Shown piece by piece: positions 1 through 8,776 of a DNA stretch of 64,000 bases. A program made the position numbers and the translations under genes. Under the pieces are notes generated by a model that worked only from the letters and a program-made list of their open reading frames with translations, searched no databases and was not told the origin of the DNA. Location of the stretch: IMG/VR virus record IMGVR_UViG_3300032047_000006, positions 17,441-81,440 of that record; one strand, given 5' to 3'. Within the stretch, counting starts at the first letter, position 1; each line of letters begins with the position of its first letter. Origin of the DNA: a virus.

Positions 1-2
1 CT

Positions 3-1286
3 GGTACTTTACTTGGAAACGCTATTGCCAACCGTGATATCGAATCTTTTAAGAAAATGGTGCCTCTTTCAGGATCTTCAGCTATGAAGCTTTGGGAAGA
101 AATCGTCAGCCAGGTTATAGACGAAGATTTTGACTTATATTCTCAGCCCGAGACTGCCGTTTTGAGTGAAGTTTGGAGAATGATTGATGAAGCACTCGAA
201 ATAGATGCAAAAGACACTCCGAGTGGACAACTCGGCGGTCCAGCGTCTGTTGATATTGATGATGCCAGTGGTGACGATGAACAGGACGCAAATATTATTA
301 AGAAAGGGGGTGATAATTCATCGACTGAAGTCGAGATTGTTACTAAAACTGTTGTTTCTGTCGACGTCACCACTGGTAAAGCTACCGTTGTCAACAAAGT
401 AGAGGAATCTGAGGATTCTTCTAAAGAGATTATGCGTGAAGTCGATGCTAACGCAGACAGAGGCATCATCAACCTAGAAGATGGGCTAGGTATTTCTAGA
501 AATGAGCTTCCTCAAATTAAGTCCGCCGATGTTTCAGAATTTATTGAGTGGTTGGACGGACAAGGGATGGATAGTTTCAGTACTTCATTCCCAGTGGGTG
601 GATTGAAGCCTGTTCAAAAAGAAATTAATTTAGAAAAAGTCTTTTCCATGGCTGAAAAACACCAGGCTGGTGAAATAGATCTTTCTAAAGGTAAGCCCTT
701 AATGACTTCTAGTGACGAATATATTATAGATGGACATCATAGATGGTATGCTCTCCGTGAATTAGATCCAAAGAACGAAATTGATATTATTATGATTGAT
801 GCTTCTGCAAGAAAGCTTATTGAGTTTATGAAAGAGTTTCCAAAGACTTCCTATAAGCAAACTACTGATGAAAACCTTTATGAATCATCTTATGGTAAAG
901 TAGGTGGTGAAAAAGAAGTTGTTAACGTCGGAAAGATGAAAATAGTTATTGATATAGAAAACATGGATCTCGAACCTTCCAAGCATGGAGAAGAAAGAAG
1001 GTTTCGTCACGGAAAAGGTAAAACTATTTCAAAAGATGCTATCTTGCAAGCAGCCGAACGTGGCTTGGGCTTGATTATTCAAGATTATGCGAACGGTGAA
1101 ATATCAAATGGGGAAGCTTTCGTTATTAGGCACAAAGCAAATGCTAAAACACCTGCATTGAATTTGGTTGGTGCTTTAGAAATGAGGAAGGGTCCTGATA
1201 CAATGAAAATTATTACTGTAATGAGAAAAGATGATTTCAAAACCGATAACTTCGGTGGCGGACAACAAAAAACTTATAATATTTGA
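3..1286 (+). CDS. 5'-truncated multidomain protein: probable cytidyltransferase-like tail, acidic linker, ParB/Srx-like domain, C-terminal DUF4258/BECR-like putative RNase domain
   Basis: The frame is open from position 3 (GTLLGNAIANRDIESFKKMVP resembles the C-terminal helix of phage HxGH nucleotidyltransferases). ParB motif LKPVQKEIN...YIIDGHHRW. C-terminal SKHGEERRFRH...KIITVMRK. Confidence 0.65.
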   Translation, partial: GTLLGNAIANRDIESFKKMVPLSGSSAMKLWEEIVSQVIDEDFDLYSQPETAVLSEVWRMIDEALEIDAKDTPSGQLGGPASVDIDDASGDDEQDANIIKKGGDNSSTEVEIVTKTVVSVDVTTGKATVVNKVEESEDSSKEIMREVDANADRGIINLEDGLGISRNELPQIKSADVSEFIEWLDGQGMDSFSTSFPVGGLKPVQKEINLEKVFSMAEKHQAGEIDLSKGKPLMTSSDEYIIDGHHRWYALRELDPKNEIDIIMIDASARKLIEFMKEFPKTSYKQTTDENLYESSYGKVGGEKEVVNVGKMKIVIDIENMDLEPSKHGEERRFRHGKGKTISKDAILQAAERGLGLIIQDYANGEISNGEAFVIRHKANAKTPALNLVGALEMRKGPDTMKIITVMRKDDFKTDNFGGGQQKTYNI

Positions 1287-1295
1287 GGGATAAAT

Positions 1296-2039
1296 ATGTT
1301 TGATAGAGAACAAATGATTGAAGAGATTAGAATCAGGGATATGGTGGCAAGAGCCGTCCGTGTTCGTGCGAAGAAATTAAGAGAAAGTATCGCCAAGGAA
1401 GAAAATGAACTTAGGAACATTATCAGAGGATTGATTCAAGAAGCATCTAGCGACAAGGTTCAACATCGTTCTACTGGTATCAACGTTCTAGAAGATCTTC
1501 TTAAAAAGATTATTCCTGTTTTAGAACAAGATTATAAAATGCTCACCACTGATGCCAAACAGAGAAGATCCTTCTCTGCCCACATCGTGACTGCTGTGCA
1601 AAATTCTCTCTCTCCCCTGGATATTACAAAAGCTGCTAATTCAAAAGGCATGATCAGCGTCGACGAAATCTCAGACATCGATGAAATTGAAGTTGTTGTT
1701 GGAGATGACGAAGGCGCATTCATTGATATTGATGCCGACGGTGAAGAAACACCTTTTCAAGATCTAGAGGGCGAGGACAGGACAGGTAACAATTTTGCTC
1801 AAGCAACCTTTGATAAAATAGAGACTCAAATAAAGGATGCTTTCAGTCTTCTTGGAAATGAAGAGGATCAAGAATTATTTAGCACCTATTTGATTACAAA
1901 CATTAAATTATATTTTGATATGTTCGAGGATGAGTTAAAGGATAGCATCGTCGAGCCATCTAATGACGAATACGAAGAAGAAAAGGCTTCTGATGAAGAT
2001 ACTAATGATGAATCTGACACAGAAGAGCTAGAACTATAA
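1296..2039 (+). CDS. Acidic hypothetical phage protein (possible head-internal protein)
   Basis: 247 aa ORF with GAGG SD; contains ELRNIIRGLIQE and an acidic C-terminus. Confidence 0.75.
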   Translation: MFDREQMIEEIRIRDMVARAVRVRAKKLRESIAKEENELRNIIRGLIQEASSDKVQHRSTGINVLEDLLKKIIPVLEQDYKMLTTDAKQRRSFSAHIVTAVQNSLSPLDITKAANSKGMISVDEISDIDEIEVVVGDDEGAFIDIDADGEETPFQDLEGEDRTGNNFAQATFDKIETQIKDAFSLLGNEEDQELFSTYLITNIKLYFDMFEDELKDSIVEPSNDEYEEEKASDEDTNDESDTEELEL

Positions 2040-2057
2040 CTTTTTCGTTTCTTATGA

Positions 2058-2079
2058 CTATTTACAGATAACTATTTAT
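2058..2079 (+). promoter_or_regulatory. Tandem CTATTTAY motifs (candidate late promoter)
   Basis: CTATTTAC 2058-2065 and CTATTTAT 2072-2079, followed by GGAGG SD and ATG 2099. Confidence 0.65.
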
Positions 2080-2098
2080 GAACATGGAGGACATTTAA

Positions 2099-2863
2099 AT
2101 GTCAAAACAGAGAAGAATCAAAAAACTCGTTAAGGGGCACCTTAATTCTAAGGGTCCCGACGGCGTACAGATTTATACAACTGCTCAACAAAAGATTGAT
2201 CGTTTGGCAGTATTGGACGACATCGCTCAAACAAACGCAACGCAATTATTAGAAGCACTAACTGGTACTACTGGTGGAGATAACGATGGCATAGCATTCG
2301 CTGCTGACGCATTCCCATTCGACGCTCGTGAATCGGCTGACGCTGATAATGACGGCATCGGTGACAACCAAGAAATTGTGACAATGTATAAGGCTATTCA
2401 AGCCCTCGCAGCAGACGTTCTAGCCCTGGGCGCTCCAACTACCGCTGCCGCTGCCGCTGCGCTTACACAGCTAGGTATCATGGAAACTCAAGACAAAAAC
2501 AATGGTGATAATGACGAACTATATGATGGCGCAGAAGCCGCATACTTCGCTCAGAAATTAATTGTCGACACCAATAAAGCTACTTCTGATGCTAAGATAG
2601 TCGAGGCTGAAGCTTTACAAGCGGCGATAGAAGCACTTCCGCTTCCCGGTGCCAACGTTACAATCGAGGCACTCGGGGTGCGCTCGATTCATACTGCCGT
2701 CGGGGCGGCACCCGACAGTCTTGCTAAGACTGAAGTTGATCTACTAAAAACCAACGCAGCCGCCGTCGATACACAAGAAGCTCTATTTTCAGATCCCGGT
2801 GTCGCCGGTTACGAGACTCGCCGAGGTGTAACTGTGGATCCTAATGATGATACCCCTGCATAA
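2099..2863 (+). CDS. Ala/Asp-rich protein with a thrombospondin type-3-like Ca-binding repeat
   Basis: DNDGIAFAADAFPFDARESADADNDGIGDN matches the bacterial TSP3-like DAFP...DxDxDGIGDN pattern; strong SD. Confidence 0.7.
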   Translation: MSKQRRIKKLVKGHLNSKGPDGVQIYTTAQQKIDRLAVLDDIAQTNATQLLEALTGTTGGDNDGIAFAADAFPFDARESADADNDGIGDNQEIVTMYKAIQALAADVLALGAPTTAAAAAALTQLGIMETQDKNNGDNDELYDGAEAAYFAQKLIVDTNKATSDAKIVEAEALQAAIEALPLPGANVTIEALGVRSIHTAVGAAPDSLAKTEVDLLKTNAAAVDTQEALFSDPGVAGYETRRGVTVDPNDDTPA

Positions 2864-2874
2864 CAGAGGTTTAG

Positions 2875-3216
2875 TTGCATAACCCCATCCCACGAAAACC
2901 CTACTCGGTTTCAAAGAAATTAAAATCTGAAAACAAGATTAATGACAACTTTGAGATTCAGCTTTCTAGCCTGAGTCTCGAAGAAGTCATTGCTTTGAAA
3001 TTAGAAATCGCCACAAGAGAAACAAAAGGTAAGTTTTTTGGACTCCCTATCTGGCGCAGATTACCCCTGATCATCAAAGACGCCTGTTTAAAAGCTGCTG
3101 TTTCTGCAACCTACACCCGTAGAGAAGCGGCTAGATTCCTCGGAATCTCATATTCACAGATGAAGCTAAACCTTCGTAATTATGGCGTTTATAATTATTT
3201 TAAAAATAAACCTTAA
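2875..3216 (+). CDS. Fis-like helix-turn-helix DNA-binding protein
   Basis: C-terminal TRREAARFLGISYSQMKLNLRNY fits the Fis/NtrC HTH pattern; TTG start after AGAGG. Confidence 0.65.
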   Translation: MHNPIPRKPYSVSKKLKSENKINDNFEIQLSSLSLEEVIALKLEIATRETKGKFFGLPIWRRLPLIIKDACLKAAVSATYTRREAARFLGISYSQMKLNLRNYGVYNYFKNKP

Positions 3217-3369
3217 CAACAGAACTTTTCGCATATATATTAGTTAAGTCAGTTACTCACTTCGTTCATAACTTCTCTAAGATTACTTAATATAAAAAGC
3301 TCAAGTCTGAGTCTAAGTAAATAAAAAAGAATCCTACCTTAATGGAGTAGTCTATTTAGACTTCTTCTT

Positions 3370-3377
3370 CTATTTAC
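3370..3377 (+). promoter_or_regulatory. CTATTTAC motif (candidate late promoter)
   Basis: About 25 nt upstream of start 3402; a variant CTATTTAG lies at 3352-3359. Confidence 0.55.
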
Positions 3378-3401
3378 CTTTAGTAACGTGAGGGTAATAA
3401 A

Positions 3402-4505
3402 TTGGAAATAAGTAAAAATGTAAAGATTGGTATAACTGCTCAATCTGATGAAAATCTATTTGGTAATGGACTGAAACAAAATGTTTGGTTTCTTTACCGT
3501 CTTCTTAAAAATGTCGGATATGACATTCACTTAGTCTCAGAGTCTGATAAACATTATGGAAAGCATTTATTAGGTGTCCCAGTTGAAAGACTAGACACCG
3601 TCTCTATATTAGAGTATAAAGTAATTCTTCAGTGTGCCAATTCTTTGACGGAAACTTGCAGAAAGATACTCAGAGGGCATGGAGGCAAAGTTGGCTCTTG
3701 TGAATATGGAAATAAAGTTCTTATTGATATGGGCACAATGATATATGGTGGTCCAGGTGAGGACGGCTTCACTTTACCAGATGTTGATTTCTATTGGACA
3801 TCACCTCATTTTGCCAGAACTGCTAGTGCCTTATCAGCAATGTCAAAAGCACCAGTAAGTATTTGTCCTTATATATGGTCGCCAGAAGTTATAGTCCAGT
3901 CTTATATGAGAGCAGGCTACAATCCTTACTTCGGTGATCATGTTAATCTTAAAAATGTAGCCATCCTAGAATCTAATCTATACATCGTAAAGACATGTGT
4001 TATCCCAATGCTAATTTCAGAGAAATTATATAATGAGGATAACGAGATGATCGATAATGTCTTTAATGTAGGTGCAGCAAGATTGAAAGAAAAAAATAAC
4101 TTTGTTAGATTCTGTCAAAAGTTTGAGCTTGTAAAGGACAGTAAAATGTCTTTCGAGGGAAGGTGGGCTTTAAATTTCTTGTTACACAAAGGTTATGCTG
4201 GAACAATCGTTTCACATCAGTGGTGTAATGAATTAAATTACCTTCAGCTTGAAGCAATGTTTCTTAATCTTCCTTTTGTACATAATAGTCCTACATTCGA
4301 GGAGCATGGTTATTATTATCCAGACTTTGACGTAGACAAAGGAGCAGAGGCTCTTAAAGAAGCTATTAATGAACATCCAAAGCGTTACTTGGAAGAACGT
4401 CCAAAGAACGAAGAGATGATGTGGAGATACAACCCAAACAATAAAAAGAATGTAGACGGTTACATTGAATTATTAGAAGAGGTAATTCAGACAGACTATT
4501 CTTAG
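3402..4505 (+). CDS. DUF2827-like protein (putative GT-B glycosyltransferase-related)
   Basis: KIGIT...LFGNGLKQNVWFLYRLL, E-S-N..VKT..IPMLI.E and VSHQWCNELNYLQLEA...PFVHNS...GYYY match my recollection of DUF2827; TTG start. Confidence 0.7.
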   Translation: MEISKNVKIGITAQSDENLFGNGLKQNVWFLYRLLKNVGYDIHLVSESDKHYGKHLLGVPVERLDTVSILEYKVILQCANSLTETCRKILRGHGGKVGSCEYGNKVLIDMGTMIYGGPGEDGFTLPDVDFYWTSPHFARTASALSAMSKAPVSICPYIWSPEVIVQSYMRAGYNPYFGDHVNLKNVAILESNLYIVKTCVIPMLISEKLYNEDNEMIDNVFNVGAARLKEKNNFVRFCQKFELVKDSKMSFEGRWALNFLLHKGYAGTIVSHQWCNELNYLQLEAMFLNLPFVHNSPTFEEHGYYYPDFDVDKGAEALKEAINEHPKRYLEERPKNEEMMWRYNPNNKKNVDGYIELLEEVIQTDYS

Positions 4506-4513
4506 GAGCTATT

Positions 4514-5032
4514 TTGAATAACTGGAGAGTATTAAAATTAGATAGCTCATACCGCCCGATACAGGTTATCTCATGGCAGGAAGCTTTTACTATGGTATTC
4601 CTTGGTAGGGCTACACTCGTGGAGGTAAGAAAAGATGCCTTCGTCCGTTCTGTGGGACAGAAGTTTGAAGTACCGTCAGTTATAGCAATAAACAGATATG
4701 TCAATAAAGCTAGAATTAGTCTAAGGGTTTCCCGTAAAAATGTTTTTTGGAGAGATGGGTACATTTGCCAATATTGCGCAAAGAGATTCCCAAAACTTGA
4801 GTTGACTATAGATCATGTCACACCTAAATGTGCAGGCGGACCGAAGACATGGGAGAATATTGTAGCTGCTTGTAAAAAGTGCAATCAGAAGAAGGGTTCT
4901 AAGCTTCCAAGGGAGGCTGGTATGATACCCCTGAGAGCGCCACAGTCCCCCTCTCCTGCCATGTTCTGTGATTTACCCGATAAGGTTGTGGATGAAACTT
5001 GGAAAAAATATTTAGAGCCATATTCTAACTAA
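4514..5032 (+). CDS. HNH endonuclease (McrA-like)
   Basis: RDGYICQYC...TIDHVTPK...GG..TWENIVAACKKCNQKKG. Confidence 0.92.
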   Translation: MNNWRVLKLDSSYRPIQVISWQEAFTMVFLGRATLVEVRKDAFVRSVGQKFEVPSVIAINRYVNKARISLRVSRKNVFWRDGYICQYCAKRFPKLELTIDHVTPKCAGGPKTWENIVAACKKCNQKKGSKLPREAGMIPLRAPQSPSPAMFCDLPDKVVDETWKKYLEPYSN

Positions 5033-5899
5033 TTATTTCTTACCAAATGTGATTCCTTCACCTCTCTTGATGGCTGCAATGGCAGCGGATATTGCATCGC
5101 TTACTTGTTCTCTCGTAGCGCCATAACTTACAGCACTCATACACCCTGGATTAAATACCGGGCAGAATCTGGCATCTATGGAATGTATCATTCCTATTAA
5201 CTCCCCATTCATATTTAAAACAGGAGAACCACTTGAACCTGGAGCAGCAATAATTGTATACATAGAAAATGCCCTACCTTTTACTAACTCAACCTGTCCA
5301 GTATAAAATCCTTCTGTATAATATACTCCACCTCCACTTACGTTTCCTTGAAACACTCCTTTTGGAGCAGCAACATTTAATGTCTTCTGTCCATATTCTG
5401 GCTTTGAACCAAGGGTAAGGGCTTTCCCATTCATAGAGGTTTCTATTACGCAAGTATCAGCAGATATATTTTGTATCCAAGGTGGGTTTTTAACAGGGAA
5501 TGTCTCACCATAGGAATTCACAACTTCCATGCTACCTGTTGCCTTTAAAGTTACTTTATCTTTAAATTTGAGAGTCTCTCTAATATGAATCATCATCCTC
5601 GGATCAAAATCTGAAAATTTATATTCACCATCATCACAAACATGTTGAGCCGTCAGAACAAGAGTTCTAGGGTTTTTAATAAGCGCTTTTTTATTTAGTA
5701 CAATCGCTCCTGATCCAATAGAGTTCATGTCCATCAATTTTTTACACTGTTCAACGCCATCAATTTTCCCACAGACGTCTAGTTTAATGCTCTTTTTTAC
5801 CATTACAAAAGAATCTCTAATTGATGTCGGATGTTGTATATGTTTGGTACAGCCTCCAATTGTTATTAAAAATAAAAATAAAAATAATCTTTGAAACAT
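5033..5899 (-). CDS. Trypsin-like (S1) serine protease, predicted lipoprotein
   Basis: Catalytic motifs LTAQHVC, DTCVI and PGSSGSPV; hydrophobic N-terminus ending in the lipobox-like IGGC; GGAGG SD on the minus strand. Confidence 0.85.
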   Translation of the reverse strand: MFQRLFLFLFLITIGGCTKHIQHPTSIRDSFVMVKKSIKLDVCGKIDGVEQCKKLMDMNSIGSGAIVLNKKALIKNPRTLVLTAQHVCDDGEYKFSDFDPRMMIHIRETLKFKDKVTLKATGSMEVVNSYGETFPVKNPPWIQNISADTCVIETSMNGKALTLGSKPEYGQKTLNVAAPKGVFQGNVSGGGVYYTEGFYTGQVELVKGRAFSMYTIIAAPGSSGSPVLNMNGELIGMIHSIDARFCPVFNPGCMSAVSYGATREQVSDAISAAIAAIKRGEGITFGKK

Positions 5900-5935
5900 A
5901 TTTCAATCCTCCACGAGCACTTTTTGCTTACATAT

Positions 5936-5943
5936 GTAAGTAG
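5936..5943 (-). promoter_or_regulatory. CTACTTAC motif (candidate late promoter, minus strand) overlapping the palindrome CTTACATATGTAAG
   Basis: gtaagtag on + is CTACTTAC on -, about 36 nt upstream of the protease start; perfect 14-bp palindrome at 5927-5940. Confidence 0.55.
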
Positions 5944-5970
5944 CCAAGGGCGAATAAAAAGAGTTTAAGC

Positions 5971-5978
5971 CTATTTAC
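5971..5978 (+). promoter_or_regulatory. CTATTTAC motif (candidate late promoter)
   Basis: About 20 nt upstream of the PhoH ATG, before an AAGGA SD. Confidence 0.6.
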
Positions 5979-5997
5979 CACTAGAAAGGAACATATA

Positions 5998-7338
5998 ATG
6001 ACTAAGAAAATTTATGTTATCGACACTAGCGTTTATCTAACCGACTTCTCATCCCTCAAGGCATTTGAGGATAACGATGTTATCATACCATTCAAAGTCC
6101 TGGAAGAGATAGATAAGCATAAGAAACGCCAGGATTCCGTCGGCTCAAATGCAAGAAGTATTATTAGAACTCTCGACGAACTGAGACAACTAGGTTCTCT
6201 CCATGAAGGAGTTTCTATGGGTGAAGAATACGGAGTTGTCACAGCAAGAGGACATGATCCAGAACTACTCCCAGCAGATTGGGACAGGGAAGATCCAGAC
6301 AATCAAATCATCGCAACCGCACTCACTGTAAAGAAAGAAAATCCTGATTGCAAGGTAACTCTTGTTTCTCGGGATATTAATCTGAGAGTAAAATGTGATT
6401 CAATAGGATTATTAACGGACGATTATCAAGCATCTCAAGTAATAGAATCTTTAGACGAGATATATTCAGGATATCGAGATATAATTGTTTCCGATAGAAT
6501 GGTTGATGATTTTTATTTAGGAGTGGATACAATTCTGCCTGAGAGTGAGAATTCAGAAGAGCCCCCTATCAACGGTAATGAATGTGTTACTTTAATATCA
6601 GAGATAAGTGATAAAAAAACAGCCTTAGCTAGATTCAAAAATCATTCGACACCGCTCATAAAAATACCTACCAAGCGCAGAGTGTGGGGAATTAAACCAA
6701 GAAACAAAGAGCAATCATATGCGATAGATTTATTGATGGATCCTCAAGTATCGCTTGTAACTCTCGTTGGAAAAGCAGGCTCAGGAAAGACTCTCTGCGC
6801 CATCGCCGCAGGACTTGAGCAATCCGTAGATGATCACCACTTGAGTACACAGAGATCTATCTACACGAGGCTTATCGTCTCACGTCCCGTAGAACCGCTT
6901 GGTAAAGACATTGGATTCCTACCTGGAACAATGGAAGAGAAAATGGCACCCTGGCTTAAACCAATTCAAGATAATTTGAAATTTTTGATGATGGACGACG
7001 CTGTAACGCTACAGGAATATATGGAAATAGGCAAAATAGAGGTTGAAGCACTCACTTATATTAGAGGGCGCTCTATTGCTAATGCCTTTATTATTATTGA
7101 CGAAGCGCAGAACCTTACAAAGCACGAACTCAAAACTATTGTAACTCGTGTTGGCGAAGGAACAAAACTTGTCTTAACCGGCGACGTCGAACAAATTGAT
7201 AATATCTATATCGACGAAAGAACGAATGGGTTGACGTATGCTGTTGAAAAAATGAAATCACATGGAATTACAGGACATGTGACTCTAAAGAAGGGCGAGA
7301 GATCTGCCATCGCAACACTAGCGTCCAAGATATTATAA
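5998..7338 (+). CDS. phoH: PIN domain-PhoH ATPase fusion (PhoH2/YlaK-like)
   Basis: N-terminal PIN (YVIDTSV...EEIDKHK...DNQII...VSRDINLR); Walker A GKAGSGKT; GFLPG, RGRS, IIDEAQN, TRVGEG..LVLTGD..QID. Confidence 0.93.
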   Translation: MTKKIYVIDTSVYLTDFSSLKAFEDNDVIIPFKVLEEIDKHKKRQDSVGSNARSIIRTLDELRQLGSLHEGVSMGEEYGVVTARGHDPELLPADWDREDPDNQIIATALTVKKENPDCKVTLVSRDINLRVKCDSIGLLTDDYQASQVIESLDEIYSGYRDIIVSDRMVDDFYLGVDTILPESENSEEPPINGNECVTLISEISDKKTALARFKNHSTPLIKIPTKRRVWGIKPRNKEQSYAIDLLMDPQVSLVTLVGKAGSGKTLCAIAAGLEQSVDDHHLSTQRSIYTRLIVSRPVEPLGKDIGFLPGTMEEKMAPWLKPIQDNLKFLMMDDAVTLQEYMEIGKIEVEALTYIRGRSIANAFIIIDEAQNLTKHELKTIVTRVGEGTKLVLTGDVEQIDNIYIDERTNGLTYAVEKMKSHGITGHVTLKKGERSAIATLASKIL

Positions 7339-7339
7339 T

Positions 7340-7368
7340 TTTACATATTAGTAATAGTATGTTATTAT
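7340..7368 (+). promoter_or_regulatory. Sigma70-type promoter
   Basis: TTTACA-17 nt-TATTAT with an extended -10 TG, in the intergenic gap before 7396. Confidence 0.6.
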
Positions 7369-7395
7369 ACAAGAATCATATAGAAGGGAAAAAAT

Positions 7396-7692
7396 ATGAA
7401 AGATAAAACATTACCAACGGCAGATACAAAAATTATTGAAAATGAGACTTTAGAAAAAGAAGTCGAACTGGATAATCCATTGAAGTCCTGGTTAGTTAAT
7501 TATGTGGGAGAGAAAGTCTCACCTGAAGATGATGTCGTTAGAGTCGAGCACGTTGTGGAAGTGTTAGCTAAAGAGTTCCCAGAATTCTTAATGGTTGTAG
7601 CAGAAGAAAATTGGCTACGAGGATACCGACAGGGTATTGATGATGTGGAAAAGGGGATGTCACTCGCAAAGTCCCAAGGGCACGAGGTATAA
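7396..7692 (+). CDS. Hypothetical protein
   Basis: 98 aa ORF with SD; TAATG overlap with the next gene. Confidence 0.75.
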   Translation: MKDKTLPTADTKIIENETLEKEVELDNPLKSWLVNYVGEKVSPEDDVVRVEHVVEVLAKEFPEFLMVVAEENWLRGYRQGIDDVEKGMSLAKSQGHEV

Positions 7693-8381
7693 TGTCTTCT
7701 AGTTATATTAAGACTGCACATACAAAGAATTTAACTGAAAGAAAAGAGTTCTTACTGTACGGCAACATAAATATCTTCATAAAGGATCCACTACCAGAGG
7801 ACGTGGGTATGACAAGTGTTATACAGGATATAGAAGATACAATACCCAGGCGTCTTCTCCATGAAGTCGAAACCATAATTATAGGACAATTCTCTGAATT
7901 GAATGACAGAGGCGTCCGAGCCGTATATATGGACGGCGGTATTTATGTTACAAATGAGCAGCCCTCAGAAGAACAACTGTTTGAAGATATTGTCCACGAG
8001 ATCGCACACGCAGTTGAGAAGATGTATGAATACGAATTATATGCGGATAAAAAGATTGAATCAGAATACCTTTCAAAAAAGAAAAGATTCTTAGACACTT
8101 TGACTGCAAATGGGATTAAGGTTCCAAATAGAATCCGAGTCGGTACTGAATATTCTAAAATGTTTGATGAATTTCTATATTACGAACTTGGCTATGAAAA
8201 AGCTACGAATCACACAATAGGATTATTTTTATCACCTTACTCAGCAGTATCTATTTCAGAATATTTCGCAACAGCTTTCGAACACTATTTTGTACAAGAA
8301 GGGCAATCTTTTCTAAAACAATTATGCCCAGTATTATATTCAAAACTTGAATATATTTCTGATGAAGCAGAAGGAGAATAA
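7692..8381 (+). CDS. Putative zincin metallopeptidase
   Basis: HEIAH (HExxH) plus downstream Y....SEYFA third-ligand motif. Confidence 0.7.
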   Translation: MSSSYIKTAHTKNLTERKEFLLYGNINIFIKDPLPEDVGMTSVIQDIEDTIPRRLLHEVETIIIGQFSELNDRGVRAVYMDGGIYVTNEQPSEEQLFEDIVHEIAHAVEKMYEYELYADKKIESEYLSKKKRFLDTLTANGIKVPNRIRVGTEYSKMFDEFLYYELGYEKATNHTIGLFLSPYSAVSISEYFATAFEHYFVQEGQSFLKQLCPVLYSKLEYISDEAEGE

Positions 8382-8382
8382 T

Positions 8383-8715
8383 ATGAACACCGTTAGAGAA
8401 AAAATAGAAAATATTAATTTCATTCCTAATAAAAAAAGAATATTTGTAAGTGTGAAGAAAGGCGAGAGCCTTTCGGAATCGATGATTCGAGGATACTTGT
8501 TATCTGAGGGAGTCGACTTAGGTGATACGGTAGCAGTTTCAACCAACACATCGTCTGTATTTATTTTTAAAATAGGAGATGGAATTCCAGTAAAAGGTAC
8601 ACAACCAAAAACAAAAACAACGCCTGCTCCACGCAGAAAGGCTTCAGCCAAGGCTCCAAGAACTAGAAAACCAAGAGCCAAGAAAACCCCCACCAATAGT
8701 GATTCAAATAAATAA
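8383..8715 (+). CDS. Hypothetical protein with a Lys/Arg/Pro/Ala-rich basic tail
   Basis: AAGGAG SD before ATG 8383; tail PAPRRKASAKAPRTRKPRAKKTP. Confidence 0.7.
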   Translation: MNTVREKIENINFIPNKKRIFVSVKKGESLSESMIRGYLLSEGVDLGDTVAVSTNTSSVFIFKIGDGIPVKGTQPKTKTTPAPRRKASAKAPRTRKPRAKKTPTNSDSNK

Positions 8716-8720
8716 AGTAC

Positions 8721-8749
8721 TTGACTAAACCTACTTTTTATGTCATAAT
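8721..8749 (+). promoter_or_regulatory. Sigma70-type promoter
   Basis: TTGACT-17 nt-CATAAT with an extended -10 TG, upstream of 8777. Confidence 0.7.
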
Positions 8750-8776
8750 AAGGTGTAACAAAGGATAGAGGTTTAT

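Noticed and set aside
4514-5032. HNH gene as a mobile homing endonuclease
   Set aside because: It is a free-standing McrA-like type that interrupts no gene and has no intron or IS features.
5029-5036. CTAATTAT at the convergent HNH/protease junction
   Set aside because: It is formed by two abutting stop codons and has no downstream sense gene; an antisense promoter is possible but unsupported.
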